Part shown: piece after piece, positions 36,244-36,485 of the stretch | Position numbering within the stretch: the first letter of the stretch is position 1 | How the letters are laid out: each line of letters starts with the position of its first letter | NCBI GenBank assembly: GCA_002762705.1 | Contig: PCVE01000108.1 | Coordinates: 1 to 36,485, forward strand | From: Candidatus Woesearchaeota archaeon CG11_big_fil_rev_8_21_14_0_20_43_8 | Lineage (GTDB): Archaea; Nanobdellota; Nanobdellia; Woesearchaeales; CG08-08-20-14 | Reading direction: 5' to 3' | Length of the DNA stretch: 36,485 nt | Made by a program: the position numbers and the translations under genes | Notes under the pieces: generated by a model | What the model was told of the DNA's origin: nothing | Database searches by the model: none | The model's input: the letters and a program-made list of their open reading frames with translations, nothing else

Positions 36244-36485
36244 GTGGCTGAGCACTATAGATCGGAAAAGAAGAAGATCCAGAAAGGAAAGCGATCATTG
36301 TTCTTTCTTCCGATTGTCGTGACCGCGCTTCTTGTCCTGAATTGGATTGGGCTTCCATCCGTTTTCAAGTGGCTTCTCCTTATTTACGCTGCATATCGTC
36401 TGATCATCCTTGCGATGGAGAATTTTACGTGCGGCCATTGCTTGTATCATTTTGGAGTGGCTTTTGCATTGGTGGTATTCGCTTG
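36244..36485 (+). CDS. Membrane protein, truncated at the window edge
   Basis: Open frame from GTG 36244, with TTATATA about 23 nt upstream: VAEHYRSEKKKIQKGKRSLFFLPIVVTALLVLNWIG...ENFTCGHCLYHFGVAFALVVFA. Confidence 0.55.
   Translation, partial: MAEHYRSEKKKIQKGKRSLFFLPIVVTALLVLNWIGLPSVFKWLLLIYAAYRLIILAMENFTCGHCLYHFGVAFALVVFA

Overview
Gene-dense archaeal chromosomal window. Evidence for Archaea: an S19e-PDCD5-L39e-L31e cluster, BRE/TATA promoters and class III signal-peptide pilins. The divergent L39e, the extended r-proteins, the tandem-NTase/HEPN protein and the pilin style suggest a DPANN, Woesearchaeota-like host; this is an inference, not a phylogeny. Left to right: (1) hdrC-hdrB-hdrA-mvhD/flxD-flxC-like operon running off the left edge; (2) membrane-anchored FKBP/thioredoxin-fold fusion; (3) a tightly linked five-gene operon (amidohydrolase, CoaBC, PLP aminotransferase, atypical class II aldolase, SAM methyltransferase) divergent from a CoA-pyrophosphatase-like Nudix gene and a PhoU regulator; (4) r-protein cluster; (5) three pilin-like genes with a G-rich heptamer repeat just upstream of their promoter; (6) Fe-S membrane protein, lipoprotein, MscS, an orphan and about 0.75 kb of hairpin-rich non-coding DNA; (7) PMM/PGM, HIT protein, class II RNR, GlcD/GlcF-like FAD/Fe-S oxidoreductase, lipoprotein, YchF, PHP protein, a hypothetical, TrmI, a double-NTase/HEPN protein and PepA. 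I found no rRNA, tRNA, CRISPR array or transposase. The best candidates for an undescribed system are the CoaBC-centred operon (possibly making a CoA/pantetheine analogue or other thiol) and the structured non-coding region at 20.27-20.82 kb.
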